Shown here one piece after another: positions 41,459-53,298 of a DNA stretch of 64,000 bases. The position numbers were made by a program, and so were the translations under genes. This stretch comes from Burkholderiaceae bacterium (GTDB taxonomy: Bacteria > Pseudomonadota > Gammaproteobacteria > Burkholderiales > Burkholderiaceae_A). The stretch's first letter is position 1. Each line of letters opens with the position of its first letter. The notes below the pieces were generated by a model. That model was not told the DNA's origin, did no database searches, and was given only the letters and a program-made list of their open reading frames with translations. The stretch covers positions 268,875-332,874 of the forward strand of contig JAYQTQ010000001.1 of the NCBI GenBank assembly GCA_038147455.1, read 5' to 3'.

Positions 41459-43661
41459 ATGAATTAAAAAGATTCGATTACTGTAATTTAATGTCCTCAA
41501 GTAATGTGAGACTTTTTTATTAGAGGAACTTTATGGACAATCAAAACAATAATCAATCAGCTGATGAAGATAGGAGACAATTTAGAAAGTATGTATTTTT
41601 TTTTGTTGCGGTATTAATTCTTGTACCCTATATTCATTACATTTGGAGCTTAAGATAAAAAAATCCTTTGAAAAAAGAGGACTTTAAAGATACTACAAAG
41701 GAATTGATCAATGTATAGAAAATAGTAATAGCACAGTTGTTTTCGAAATCATCGATCGAAAACAATGCATTAAAAACACAGCTATCAGCTGAACAGTAAC
41801 AGGCATTTTAGGTTTGCCAAACTCACCAGCTGCCGCTGTTACAGTGCAGGGAGGTGCATATATTCAGACCTGGAAATTAAAAATGATTTCAACACTCAAG
41901 TTGTGACTTCTTATTCTGCAGAAGTCAAATTTTTATGATACAAAAGGCATACCAGAAGAAATTAAAAATTCCTGGGATGTATGGATGAGAACCTAATTCA
42001 AAACCAATCAGCTTTCTTTGATAATTGAATCTGACATATCGAAAACAAAAATGTAATATTTCATTTTCTGTAACAGAGGCTGAAGAAAAGATAGAAAAAA
42101 GAAAACTGTAAAGCCTGGATGCAAAAAAATAGTGAACATGAATATACAAATGTATACATACAATGAAATCAGGAAAAATCTGGATAGAAAATAATTATTT
42201 GCCCAATTAATTGAAAAATAAAAGAATGAAAAGAGAGTTTAGGTAGATTTAGAAGATATTGTCGTAGGAATCTTGCGTTTTCTCTATCCTACTGGGGGTT
42301 CAATTGTGCTGTTTGTTTTGGTTATTTCTTTGGTTTCTATACGGCTTAAACGGAAGATAAAATAGACTTCTAGTAAACGCCTGCTCTTCCTTTGTATGAC
42401 TTAACCTTTTTTATAACTTAACAGAAAAGATAGTCTGATAAGGGGTTATGCCAAAAATCCTATATTTAATAATAAAGAACCAACTAACCAAATCCATAAA
42501 TGGTATCTTTCATTTTCAAACTCTTTACTTCATAACTACATACTCCTCCATATTTCTACTTTCTTCTCTCATTCTAAAAATCTTCTATTCCCTCTAACCA
42601 TTTGCTAAATCTCCCTCTTTCTCAATGTCTATACCTATATTATATTTGTCTATAGTCAGAAAAATCGATTGGTTACACATTGGTTAACTAATATGTATGT
42701 CCCATTTAATATACTATAAAAAATAGTATTGATAAAAATCTACAGAGCTCATTTAATGATTGCAAAAAAAGATTAAGTATGGTTTAGTACATCATGTATT
42801 ATGTTTTGCATTATCCTTAAATTTTGGTATTCGTTTCTTATGAGCAAGTCTATTAAGGAAAAAATACGATATTGGTATTATTTTTAAATCTTGCTCATGA
42901 TTTGGATTATGAAGAGTTAAATCGAAATTTAAGAAACCAAAAGTAAAAAAGCTGTATGATCGGTTTGAAACTATCGAATGCAAACATTCGAGCTATGGTG
43001 GAAAGAATAACTCACACTTATTTATAGGATATGTCTGCACAAGTTTTAGTTCTAGAAGAAGGAGACAGGATTAAGAACTCCAAAGACCATCTTTTCATAA
43101 AGATTCCCTATAAATACACACCGAAAAGAGCAAATGCTGTGTTTAAAAATATTTATAAAGAAAGTTTAAGGATTATCACGGAGAAATAAAAAAACTTAGA
43201 AAGGTAAAATACGATTCGGAAATTTCCCTTACTACGGCAACGGATTCATGCAGAAGATACGTATCAAGTGGATCAATTTCGATATTGCTGGACCTTTGCA
43301 AAGTTTGTTTATAAAAATATAACCACTAAAGGATAGGCAATACAGATAAAAAATTAAAGAGTGGTCGAATTTGCAACAAGTGTTTGCGCGGAAGTACACA
43401 AAACGAAAAGAAAAGCTAAAGCAACAAGCTTCAAAATCCATATGGGAGAAAACGGTCACCACCATTTCTCAATCAAATTCAATGGGAGTCTCAACCTTTG
43501 CAATAAAACGCTATAGAAAGGTCACGGAGAATATACTAACAAAATGTTTCAAATGGTATATTTCAGGAGATTATAAGAAAAAAGATACTCAAACAAATAA
43601 AAATAATTATGAGCAAAGTTGATAACAAAATAAGAAAAATTATCCGACTGCCCACGCTGAC

Positions 43662-43678
43662 TTTTTTTTTTTTTTTTT
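43662..43678 (+). repeat. T17 homopolymer tract
   Basis: Seventeen consecutive T between a short ORF start (MSKVDNKIRKIIRLPTLT) and the open frame EEYQSRIIKSADANKK... Confidence 0.9.
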
Positions 43679-43679
43679 G

Positions 43680-44357
43680 AAGAATATCAAAGCAGAATCA
43701 TCAAGTCTGCAGATGCGAATAAAAAAGCGCAAAGCTATCTTAACGAATTTTCGAATAGATATCGTTCGCAAAGATCATTTGAGTGCGTAAAATCGAAGGC
43801 TATAACAGAATCCACAGAATCTGGATATAGCGAAGACATAAGACTATTTCTGATTTATACTGCGTTCGAAAGAGTGGGGGAAGTATACGCAAAATTTTTT
43901 AAATTAGAGTATACAATTCGCCGAAAGACAACAATAATCCCTCAAACATAAACATGACATGAAAGTAAAGTAAAGAGGCGCTTGAGCAAGGTTCGTAAAA
44001 ATGAACAGTTGCGTGATTATATAAAAAACACAAACTCGATGTAGAAAAAGAAGATTTAAAAAAACAAACTGATGTAGAAAAGAAGATTTAAAAACAAAAA
44101 CTCAATGTAGAAAAAGACGATTTAAAAAAACAAAATAATAAGAATAAAAAATAATCGGATATATAAGACAAGAATGTGGCAAAAAAATATCAAAACTTTT
44201 TTTCTGGAAAGGATGATAATATAAATTATGTGCATGAAGAGAACTACGTAATTTATTTGCACATGGTGAACTTGCTGCTGCAAGCATAGGGAAAATAACA
44301 AAGGAAAAGAGAGTATTCGTTTTATTATCAGAAGGTTTACTGCAAAATTTCAGATGA
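43680..44357 (+). pseudogene. HEPN-like (Rx4H motif) protein with internal charged tandem repeats, several frame breaks
   Basis: Stitched frames give EEYQSRII..YSEDIRLFLIYTAFERVGEVYAKFF.., then 3 x LDVEKEDLKKQ, then ..ELRNLFAHGELAAASIGKITKEKRVFVLLSEGLLQNFR-stop. RNLFAH lies at 44247-44264. Confidence 0.35.
44031..44135 (+). repeat. three tandem 34-36 bp repeats
   Basis: CAAACTCGATGTAGAAAAAGAAGATTTAAAAAAA / CAAACTGATGTAGAAAAGAAGATTTAAAAACAAAAA / CTCAATGTAGAAAAAGACGATTTAAAAAAACAAAA. Confidence 0.8.
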
Positions 44358-44420
44358 TTTATTCTCGCAATGTAAAAGCTTTAAAAGTGAAATAACTCTA
44401 TCCCTCATGAGGGAAACACT

Positions 44421-45286
44421 ATGAATTTAAAAAGGGTCAAAATATACAAGAAACGAGATACACACACTGTATTTTTTGCTCTCCAGTACCCACTGTAGGA
44501 ACTTGAATTGAAGAGGCCTCAGGGCATGTGCGCCCAAGTGGAACAGATGATCTTATAAGTTTTGTGAATATTAATGTTGCAGGTACAACAGGTCATGATT
44601 TTCCAAACAAATATAATGCCTTAGAAAAAACAATAACATGGTATGGGAAACCAGGTACTCACTCACAACAACCCACGTTCCAAAAATTACTCAATGGGAG
44701 CAATTAACATCTCACTTCTTTGCGATGGAATAACGCCGATCCATTCGTCTATTTAGGCGTAGGAACAATTTCTCAAAGTCTGAAGACGGGTTTCCTACCA
44801 AAAAGTGACGGACACCTTCATCATGTATTCAGGTTACTCTGACATGTGATGACACTGATCAAATTTTACCGGGTACGGATAACAATGAAAACTCCGGAAA
44901 CAAATTTTGCGATGGAAAAACATCTTGAAGAATTTATAGTCGACAATTGGGAAGCACTCGATATTGGAAAAGATTACAAGAGGTGTGAAGAAGTTGTCGG
45001 ATGGAAAAGAAAAAAATTCAGAACGGATACAGGTGAAATAGATATTTTTGCGCTTAGTAAGGATGAAACACATTATCTAGTAATTGAACTCAAGAAAGGA
45101 GAGCAAGTGACAAAGTTGTAGGGCAAATTCAGAGATATATGGGATACATTAAGATGAAATTGCTAATAACAAACAGGAAGTTAAAGATTAATTATTGGAC
45201 TCAAAGAAGATTTAGGATTGAAACGTGCGATAAGTATCAATCCAAATATTGAGTTCAGAAGGTACCAAGTTAGGGGTTTGATCTGA
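44421..45286 (+). pseudogene. sensor-like N-domain fused to a NucS/DUF91-like PD-(D/E)XK nuclease domain, about 5 frame breaks
   Basis: N-terminal part: MNLKRVKIYKKRDTHTVFF..GHVRPSGTDDLISFVNIN..ITWYGKPGTHSQQ..ADPFVYLGVGTI. C-terminal part: EKHLEEFIVDNWEALD..TDTGEIDIFALSKDETHYLVIELKKGE..VVGQIQRYMGYIK..LIIGLKEDLGLKRAISINPNIEFRRYQV. Confidence 0.5.
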
Positions 45287-45324
45287 TAAAGAATACCATG
45301 TAGTTGTGGCTTACATAACCCATC

Positions 45325-45388
45325 TATTGATTGGTGGATGTGTATCTCTGTCTAGCACCACACTTAGCTAGCATTTAGTTTCTTAAAA
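45325..45388. repeat. R2 repeat, copy b
   Basis: TATTGATTGGTGGATGTGTATCTCTGTCTAGCACCACACTTAGCTAGCATTTAGTTTCTTAAAAG aligns with 16031-16096. It lies about 40 nt after the nuclease gene stop. Confidence 0.5.
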
Positions 45389-45630
45389 GAATCTCTACAA
45401 TTTATAAACTGCTCATTCAGAGACTGTATCGTCTATACAAATTCGTAAGTCCTAATGACCATATCATCCATACTGAGTGAGCTTCGCTATAAGCTGGGTA
45501 TCCTGCTAGCTGGTACTAAGAACTATAAATAATTATCATTAAGAATTACCCTCTTAAGCATTACTTAGTACTCTAATATATAGTAACTACTTAGTAAGAT
45601 GATAAGGATTAGAGATAGTAATATACCGTT

Positions 45631-46780
45631 ATGTCTACCACCCCTAATTCCAAGCTATTTAAGCTCGTTGAAGGGCTTGATTTACCTGATCTTAAGAAGG
45701 ATTATAGATCTTCCATTACCTCTTACTATGAGGGCTCTGAGCGCCTCTAGGTGGCCTGTTTAAAGGCGTTTTAGACATACTTACAGAAAGAAGCTAAAGG
45801 GGGCAGATCCAGTGCTGATACAGCTAAGCTTCGAGATGCTATGAGGCTTATCTTGATGAACCTAGCAGATGCAATGTTTACTCAGAAAATGGATAGTAAT
45901 TCACGGTTTTAAATCTTCTTATGGCAAAGGTAGTTACTACGATAAACTCTTTCTTGGTTTTAATAGAGTACAAGACTGTTTACGAGTTTTGGAAGAAAAC
46001 CAACTAGTGATAAACGTAAAGGTTATATCGATGACGAATGGAATAAAGATTTCAAATACTTCCCTACTCCAAAATTACAATACAAATCTGGGATGGCATA
46101 CTTTGCTCTTGAACAAGAAATTAAACCTCCTTATGTATTCAATAAGTATGATAAAAGAGAATTATTTGCTCTCTGATGAAGTAAAAGATTTGACGATCAT
46201 TAATGACTTTATGAAAGGTCATACATGGGCATCTAAAGGACCTATTACTCTTAGATACAAAGAGCTCCTATGGAAGGTGGAAGACTTTATACACCTTTTC
46301 CAGACACTTCCAATCAAAAAGATCCCTATTCGAATTAATACTTTAATAAATGGCAATCCAATAGTTGAAGTTGATTACAAAGCAAATCATTTAAGGATGG
46401 CAATTGCCTCAAGGAAATAATCCTCCAAGGATCCATATTTAGAAATTTTAGATCAGTGACTGAAGCTAAGGAAGAGAATAAGTAAAAGCAATTTGTAAAT
46501 ATCTCTTTGGGTGCAAAATGAAGAGAAAGTGCTTTTAATGCTTGTAAAGAACATAGAATCAATCGAGAACTATTTAATAAACTCAAGATGCAACACAGAT
46601 AGTCTTGTATTCAAACATACCAGTTTGCAATTTAATCCAGTAAAGTACAGGAGAACTGTATTACAATCCGCAGAAGGACAAATAGCAAGACAGCTTTTAC
46701 TTAATGGTGTTGAAGCAGGGATACCAGCATTACCGATTCATCATGCTTTTGCTGTGGAAGAGCAACATGTGATTGGTTAG
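45631..46780 (+). pseudogene. mobile-element protein of unknown function (possibly replication-related), frameshifted
   Basis: ATG at 45631 (MSTTPNSKLFKLVEGLDLPDLKK..). Collinear pieces lie in ORFs 45869-46420 and 46511-46780 (..NGNPIVEVDYKANHLRMAIA.., ..EGQIARQLLLNGVEAGIPALPIHHAFAVEE..). Confidence 0.3.
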
Positions 46781-48172
46781 TTGAACAAATGAAATCCATT
46801 TTTGGAATCAGAATTTCTGAGGCTGAATTCTAGCACTGACTTTGAGCGTGTAAGATTCAACGCTCATGAAATTGACTTCTGTATCAAAAAGTCTTTTGCA
46901 AGCTTCAGCAATGCTATTAATTCAGCATGTTAATAAATGGAGTACGCTATGCTGCAAACATAGAATCATGATTAAAGGCGGTACATGAGCTTCCCAAATT
47001 AAGACATGATCATCAAAAATTTGAAAATCTAGATTCTACTCTCAGGAAACATATTTTGATTATGAAATTAAACAAGACTTGATAAAGTCTCTTTTCAAGA
47101 AACACAGATAGCAACTCTTAAAAAATTTGACTGTGCATTAAAACAGTATATTACTGAATCTAAAAACTCTTCCTATGAAGAGGAAAACCTTGAATCAGCT
47201 GAATGCAAAGGCCAATCGATAACTTTGAGAGGCATTTTTGATGATTAAAACAAATGGAATTTCGATTTATATGTGCTCAGAAATACTTATATTCAGAGAA
47301 AACAAGAGACCAAGGTCAAACATGGGAAATTGGTAGAAGAGACTCCATTTAACAGTATTGAGATTACGAAGTATTTTATCCGCCAGGAGAATTTTAAAGA
47401 AAAGAAAGCTATTATTTGTTACAGATGGTGTCTCATCCTGCTCACTGGGTAAATTTTCTTCAAATAATGGGCACAGTTCTTATTAAGAAGAAATTTAGCG
47501 CAGAAACCCATAACGTGTTGTTTATCTCAACGAGCTCTATTTTAAGAGAGGCAGGAGTAGCCTCGACCAAAAGCTTTCAGGAACATGTAGAAATTATGCG
47601 CACGGCTAGCTTTAAATGAAGGAAAAAATGAAAAAGAACTGATCTTCCCTTTAATCCATGATTTCCATCGGCGAGGCGGTGCTACAGATCCACTTGGCAC
47701 CTAAACCGCTCGTGGTAAAGAAATACAATCGGAGGAAAACGCAAGATGAATAATGATATTGAAAAAGAAAACACCTGTTGTTATGACGCCAAGGGTAACG
47801 AGAGACAGAAAAAGATATATGCTCTATGCGATTATTCAAGAGGGCTTGAAAACTTTGCTCCATACACACCAGCCCACCCAATCAAATTTTGGAAGATAAT
47901 AAAATCACTCAACTAGGATTTTTGCAGAGAGAATCAGAGCGCCAAAGTTTGAAACACTAAAACCCATACTCCTCAAAAGTATTTAGAGGGAAAAAACTTC
48001 ACTTTTTGAATGCAGCAATGGATATGATGGTTTCTGAAATCAAAGCTTAGGTGTTGAACATATTTGTGAGATGAAACGGTTTGTGAGCTTTCAGGGTAAA
48101 AATGACCAAAAACTCAAAGAGGCTTGTTACTTATAAAGTGCGACTTAAACCACTCATCCACCTCTCCTGTGT

Positions 48173-50152
48173 TTACTTTCCGCTAAGTTGTTCCAAGATA
48201 GCAGGATTTTCAAGTGTAGAAATATCTTGCTGAATTTTTTCTCCTTTCGCAAGGGCTCTCAATAATCGCCTCATAATCTTTCCAGAGCGAGTCTTTGGCA
48301 AGTTATCACCAAATCTTATCTCTTTAGGCTTAGCTATCGGACCTATTTGCTTAGCCACCCAGTTTTGAAGAATCTTTGCTTTCTCTGCAATTTCTTCAAC
48401 GATTTTCAGGTCTTTTAGATTTTAGAACTACAAATGCAACGATTGACTCACCAGTTACCTCATCTGGTTTACCAACGACAGCCGCCTCGGCGACGTCTTC
48501 GTAAGCAACCAGAGCGGATTCAATTTCCATAGTACCCAATCGATGGCCTGAAATATTCAAGACATCGTCAATTCTCCCCATAATTGTAAAGTAACCATTC
48601 TTTTCGTCTCGAATAGATCCATCGCCTGCCAGATACAGCTTGCCTCCCAACTCATTAGGGAAATAAGTTTTTTTAAATCTTTCAGGATCGCCCCATATGG
48701 TTCTAATCATTGAAGGCCATGGCTTTCTTATTACGAGCATACCACCTTTTCCATTTGGTAATTCCTGACCGGTTTCGTCTACCACTGCTGCATCTATACC
48801 CGGAAATGGTAACGTGCAAGATCCAGGTATCAAGGGCGTAGCCCCTGGCATAGGAGTAATCACATGCCCACCCGTCTCAGTCTGCCAAAAAGTATCTACA
48901 ATAGGACATCTAGACCCACCGACGTTTTTATAATACCAAATCCATGCCTCAGGATTAATAGGTTCCCCAACAGTACCCAAAAGCCGTAAGCTTTTTAAGT
49001 TATAATTTTCCGGGGCGACATTATTATCTAAGCTCGAAGCTTTTATAAGTGCCCTTATTGCAGTTGGGGCAGTATAAAAATACTTACGCTATGCTTTTCA
49101 ATCATCTGCCAAAACCTACCTGCATCTGGAAACGTTGGAACACCTTCAAATATAACTTGAGTGTTTCCAGTTGCTAAGGGTCCATAAGCAACATACGTAT
49201 GACCTGTAATCCAACCAATATCTGCAGTACACCAAAAAATGTCATCAGGTTTGATGTCAAATGTATAGAACATTGTCAATACTGAGTGCAGTAGATATCC
49301 TCCGGTTGAATGTTGAATTCCTTTTGGTCTTCCAGTGGAGCCAGATGTGTACAGCACAAATAGTGGATGCTCTGCTTCTACATAAACAGGTTCACAGTAG
49401 TCTTCCTCAGACTCGACTATTTCTTCGAGAAAGACATCACGTGAAGACATTTCAATCTCTGCACCAGTTCTGCGGTAGACTATAACGTCTTTCACATTTT
49501 TAGACGCCTCCCCAGTCAAAGCCTCATCAACAGCCTTTTTTAATGGGATGTTCTTACCTCCTCTTACCTGTTCATCCGCGGTAATAATTAATTTGGCGCC
49601 AACGTCTATAATCCGTTCTTCCAAACTTTTAGATGAGAAACCTCCAAACACCACGGAGTGAGTAATGCCTAGCCTAGCGCAAGCCTGCATTGATACCACT
49701 CCTTCTATTGACATTGGCATATAGATTATTGCTCTGTCTCCCTTTTTGTAGCCCTTTTTAATCAAAGCATTTGCGAATTTGCATACTTTTACCAAAAGAG
49801 TGTCATAAGAGACATTCTCTATTTTTCCATCATCACTCTCGAAAATTAAAGCAACATTGTCGCCATTACCTGACCGTACGTGCCGATCTATACAGTTGTA
49901 TGACGCGTTCAACATTCCGTCTTCAAACCACTTGTAAAAAGGGGGATTTTGATCATTAAGAATTGACGTGAATGGACTATGCCATATTAAAAACTCACGA
50001 GCTAATTGAGCCCAAAATTGTTCGTAACTCTCATTTGACAATTGACACATTGCCAAATATTCCGACATGTCCGAAAGTTTGGCGTTTTTTGCAAACTCAG
50101 AATTAGGAAAAAAAACCCTATTCTCGATTAACCTTGACTCAATTTCTGACAT
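48173..50152 (-). pseudogene. acs: acetyl-CoA synthetase, two single-nt frameshifts
   Basis: Three collinear ORFs cover the full Acs length ([11 protein letters not shown]; ..[10 protein letters not shown] after the shift; WQTETGG; [14 protein letters not shown]). One break is a 5-nt homopolymer run at 49076-49080 where 6 would restore the frame. Confidence 0.9.
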
Positions 50153-50223
50153 AAATTCTCCTCAGCGAGTCTTTTAGACTATTAATGTACTAAAATGATA
50201 ACAAAAATTATCGGTGATTAAAT

Positions 50224-51730
50224 ATGATAAAAGCACAAGATATTGTTGAAAGTATCTCTGACGCTTTCCAGTTTATTAGTTATTACCACCCCAAGGACTT
50301 CATCGACGCCGTTTTTACCGCCTACAAAAAAGAACAATCTCCGCCTGCAAAAGATGCTCTTGCGCAAATCCTTACTAATAGCAAATTATGCGCTATGGGA
50401 AAGCGCCCAATTTGTCAGGACACCGGAATAGCAACAATCTTTGTAAAAATTGGTCACGAATGTAAATTTGATTTCAACAATAATTCGATGACTGACTTGC
50501 TAAACGAAGGAGTTCAGGTTAGCCTATACTGACAAGAATAACCCACTTCGAGCCTCTGTTTTAGCGGATCCAGCCTCTCACAGAAAAAATACAAAAGACA
50601 ACACACCCGCTGTAATTCATTTCGAATTTTGTTCAGGGGCAGACCTAGATATTATTTGCGCAGCTAAAGGAGGAGGATCAGAGGCTAAATCGAAACTATT
50701 TATGCTTAATCCAAGTGACTCTGTTGCTGATACTATTATAAATGCTATACCCACAATGGGTGCAGGATGGTGTCCTCCAGGGATTTTAGGAATTGGAATT
50801 GGCGGTACACCTGAAAAGGCTCTTCTTCTTGCAAAAAAATCATTAATGGATAGTATTAATATTCAACAGCTGATCAAAATCGGGCCGCAAAATAAAATTG
50901 AAGAACTCCGTCTTGAAATTTACCAACGAGCTAACGAGCTAGGGATTGGCGCTCAAGGGCTAGGAGGATTAACGACAGTTCTCGATGTAAAGATTTTACA
51001 GTATCCAACGCATGCTGCGAATCTGCCAGTCGGCCTCATTCCAAATTGTGCAGCTACCCGACATATTCACTTCAAATTAGATGGAAGCGGTCCAGCCAAA
51101 TTAACACCTCCGGTATTGGCTGATTATCCTGACGTAAACTGGCAACCAGATGAGAAGTCGGCTATCAAAGTTAATTTGGATAATCTGACTAAAAATGATT
51201 TGACGAAATGGAAAATGGGCGAAAGGCTTTTGCTCACCGGCCATTTGCTAACTGGTAGAGATGCAGCTCACAAGCGACTTTGTGACATGATAAAAAAGAA
51301 AGAGAAGCTACCTGTAAATCTTCAAAATCGGGTAATTTATTATGTTGGGCCAGTTGATGCAGTTCACTCAGAGGTTGTAGGTCCTGCTGGCCCCACAACA
51401 GCAACACGAATGGACAAATTTACTTCGATGATTTTAAAAGAAACTGGACTATTAGCCATGATTGGTAAAGCCGAACGTGGTCAGGATGCAATTTTGGCCA
51501 TAAAAGAGAATAGGTCTGCATATTTAATGGGCGTCGGTGGCGCTGCTTATTTAGTTAGCAAAGCAATAAAAAAATCTAAGGTTGTTGCCTTTGAAGATTT
51601 AGGAATGGAAGCTATCTATGAATTCTTTGTTGAGGACATGCCTGTTACCGTCGCAGTCGACTCACAAGGAAACTCAATCCACAACTGCGGACCGAGGGAA
51701 TGGAAAGTGAAAATAGCGGAACTGTCTTAA
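50224..51730 (+). pseudogene. class I (Fe-S) fumarate hydratase, one frameshift near 50515
   Basis: ORF 50224-50532 (..RPICQDTGIATIFVKIG..) and ORF 50702-51730 (..AAKGGGSEAKSKLFMLNP.., C-terminal beta-type domain GRDAAHKRL..GPTTATRMD..) are collinear. Confidence 0.9.
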
Positions 51731-52150
51731 GCGGAATAGTTGTCTAAGAAATAGTCTAACCCAGATTTTGCAACCTCTTCATCTTGATCCGGCTTTAAGT
51801 TTGAGACCCCAACAGCGCCTACACACGTATTTGCAAAAATAATAGGAACACCTCCTGTCATAAGTCCAGCAACATCAGGTGCACTCAATAATGCTTGCCT
51901 ACCGTTATTTATCTGCTCCTCATAAATACGTGAATCTCTCCTGCCTAAAGCAGCAGTTCGGGCTTTATTTATTGCAATGTTGGCAGATACAGGAGGAACG
52001 TCCTGGGCCCTCTCCATAGCGATAACATGGCCGCCATCATCGCAAACCGCAACAGCAACTAACGGGTAATTTTTTTTATTAATAGAACTCGTAACAGGCT
52101 GAAATTATATATTTAGCGTCTTCCAATGATAAATAAGGTTTTTTGTTCAA
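51727..52150 (-). pseudogene. GlcG/HbpS-like (DUF336) haem-binding protein, frameshift in a T8 run
   Basis: ORF 51727-52017 (..AINKARTAALGRR..GGVPI..VGAVGVS). The N-terminus (LNKKPYLSLEDAKYIISA..VAVCDDGGHVIAMER) is in a shifted frame across T8 at 52070-52077. Confidence 0.65.
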
Positions 52151-52262
52151 AGTAGCACCTTTTATATTTACAAATTTTAAGTGTAATATAATTCAACTAA
52201 GTTAGATGAAAGTGATTCTCACTTCAATTATACAATCATATTAAATTAAAAGAGGTTGTTCA

Positions 52263-53279
52263 ATGAGATTCAAAACACTCATTTGTTTTCTCGTATTTTT
52301 AGGTTCAAATACCAGTATTTTCGCAAGGGATGTAGTTAACATTTATACATCCCGACACTATACAACCGACAAAGAGATCTATAAAAGATTTACAGAGCAA
52401 ACCGGTGTCATAGTTAGAGAAATATCTGCGAAAGATCAGATTTTATTAGAGCGGTTAAAAAACGAAGGCGATAATAGTCCTGCTGACGTGTTAATTCTAT
52501 CTGATGCAGCTAGATTATGGAGAGCTACTCAAGCTGGACTATTCCAAAAGTATAAAAACGAGTTGATAGAACAGAGAGTCCCAAAATCACTCCGATCAAA
52601 AGATAACTGGATTGGTTTAACGATTCGGGCTAGAATCATCGTCTACGATAAACGTAAATTCAACAAAAATGATTTTTCAACATATAGCGATTTAGGAAGA
52701 CCTTTATTTAAAAACGAATTTTGTAGTAGATCAATAACCCACCCCTACATGCTGTCTCTACTCTCAAGCCTAATTCTCAATCTAGGCGAAATCGAGGCAA
52801 AAACTTTATCTAAAAATTTAGTCTTAAACCAGGCCAGAAAACCGCAAGGTGGAGATACTGATCAAATTCGGGCAGTTGGATCCGGTGAGTGCGGTGTGGC
52901 CCTGACAAATAGTTATTATCTTATTAGACTAATGCGGTCAACCAAACCTAGAGATATCGAAACCATGAAAAATATTGGTTTTTTGTTTCCAAATCAAAAG
53001 GGTTCTGGAACGCATATCAATGTAACCGGAGCTGGTATTTTAAAAAATGCTCCTAACCCAAAAAATGCTAAATTATTTTTAACGTTTTTGACTGAAGCTG
53101 ACACTCAAAAAATGTTTGCTTATGGTAATAATGAGTGGCCTGCAGTCAAAGGACTAAAAACAGAAAACAAAATTTTAGACAATCTTAGCGACTTTAAAAA
53201 AGATGAACTAAATATTGAAGCAATAGGCTCCAAACAATTTACAGCACAAAAAATTGCTGATCAAGTTGGTTGGCAATAG
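52263..53279 (+). CDS. ABC transporter periplasmic Fe(3+)-binding protein (FbpA/AfuA/FutA-like)
   Basis: Signal peptide, then VNIYTSRHYTTDKEIYKRFTEQTGV..LLERLKNEGDNSPADVLILSD.., similar to ferric-binding proteins. Confidence 0.75.
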   Translation: MRFKTLICFLVFLGSNTSIFARDVVNIYTSRHYTTDKEIYKRFTEQTGVIVREISAKDQILLERLKNEGDNSPADVLILSDAARLWRATQAGLFQKYKNELIEQRVPKSLRSKDNWIGLTIRARIIVYDKRKFNKNDFSTYSDLGRPLFKNEFCSRSITHPYMLSLLSSLILNLGEIEAKTLSKNLVLNQARKPQGGDTDQIRAVGSGECGVALTNSYYLIRLMRSTKPRDIETMKNIGFLFPNQKGSGTHINVTGAGILKNAPNPKNAKLFLTFLTEADTQKMFAYGNNEWPAVKGLKTENKILDNLSDFKKDELNIEAIGSKQFTAQKIADQVGWQ

Positions 53280-53298
53280 ACAATCACAAATCCCAGTC

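Larger units (their letters stand above)
40172..48172 (+). mobile_element. degraded integrative element (integrase-proximal end at core copy 7, right edge at the acs stop codon)
   Basis: Integrase next to the att-like core. Almost no long ORFs occur over 8 kb. Content is phage/plasmid-like and defence-like fragments. Housekeeping genes resume at 48173. Confidence 0.5.

Noticed and set aside
43640-43680. T17 tract as the U-tract of a rho-independent terminator
   Set aside because: The preceding sequence CCGACTGCCCACGCTGAC has no self-complementary stem.
47200-47930. TrfA-like replication initiator call for fragments such as ..AGVASTKSFQEHVEIMRTASFK.. and ..YTPAHPIKFWKIIKSL
   Set aside because: It rests only on vague recollection of TrfA motifs across many frame breaks. 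It is mentioned as a possibility in the element finding but is too weak for a feature call.
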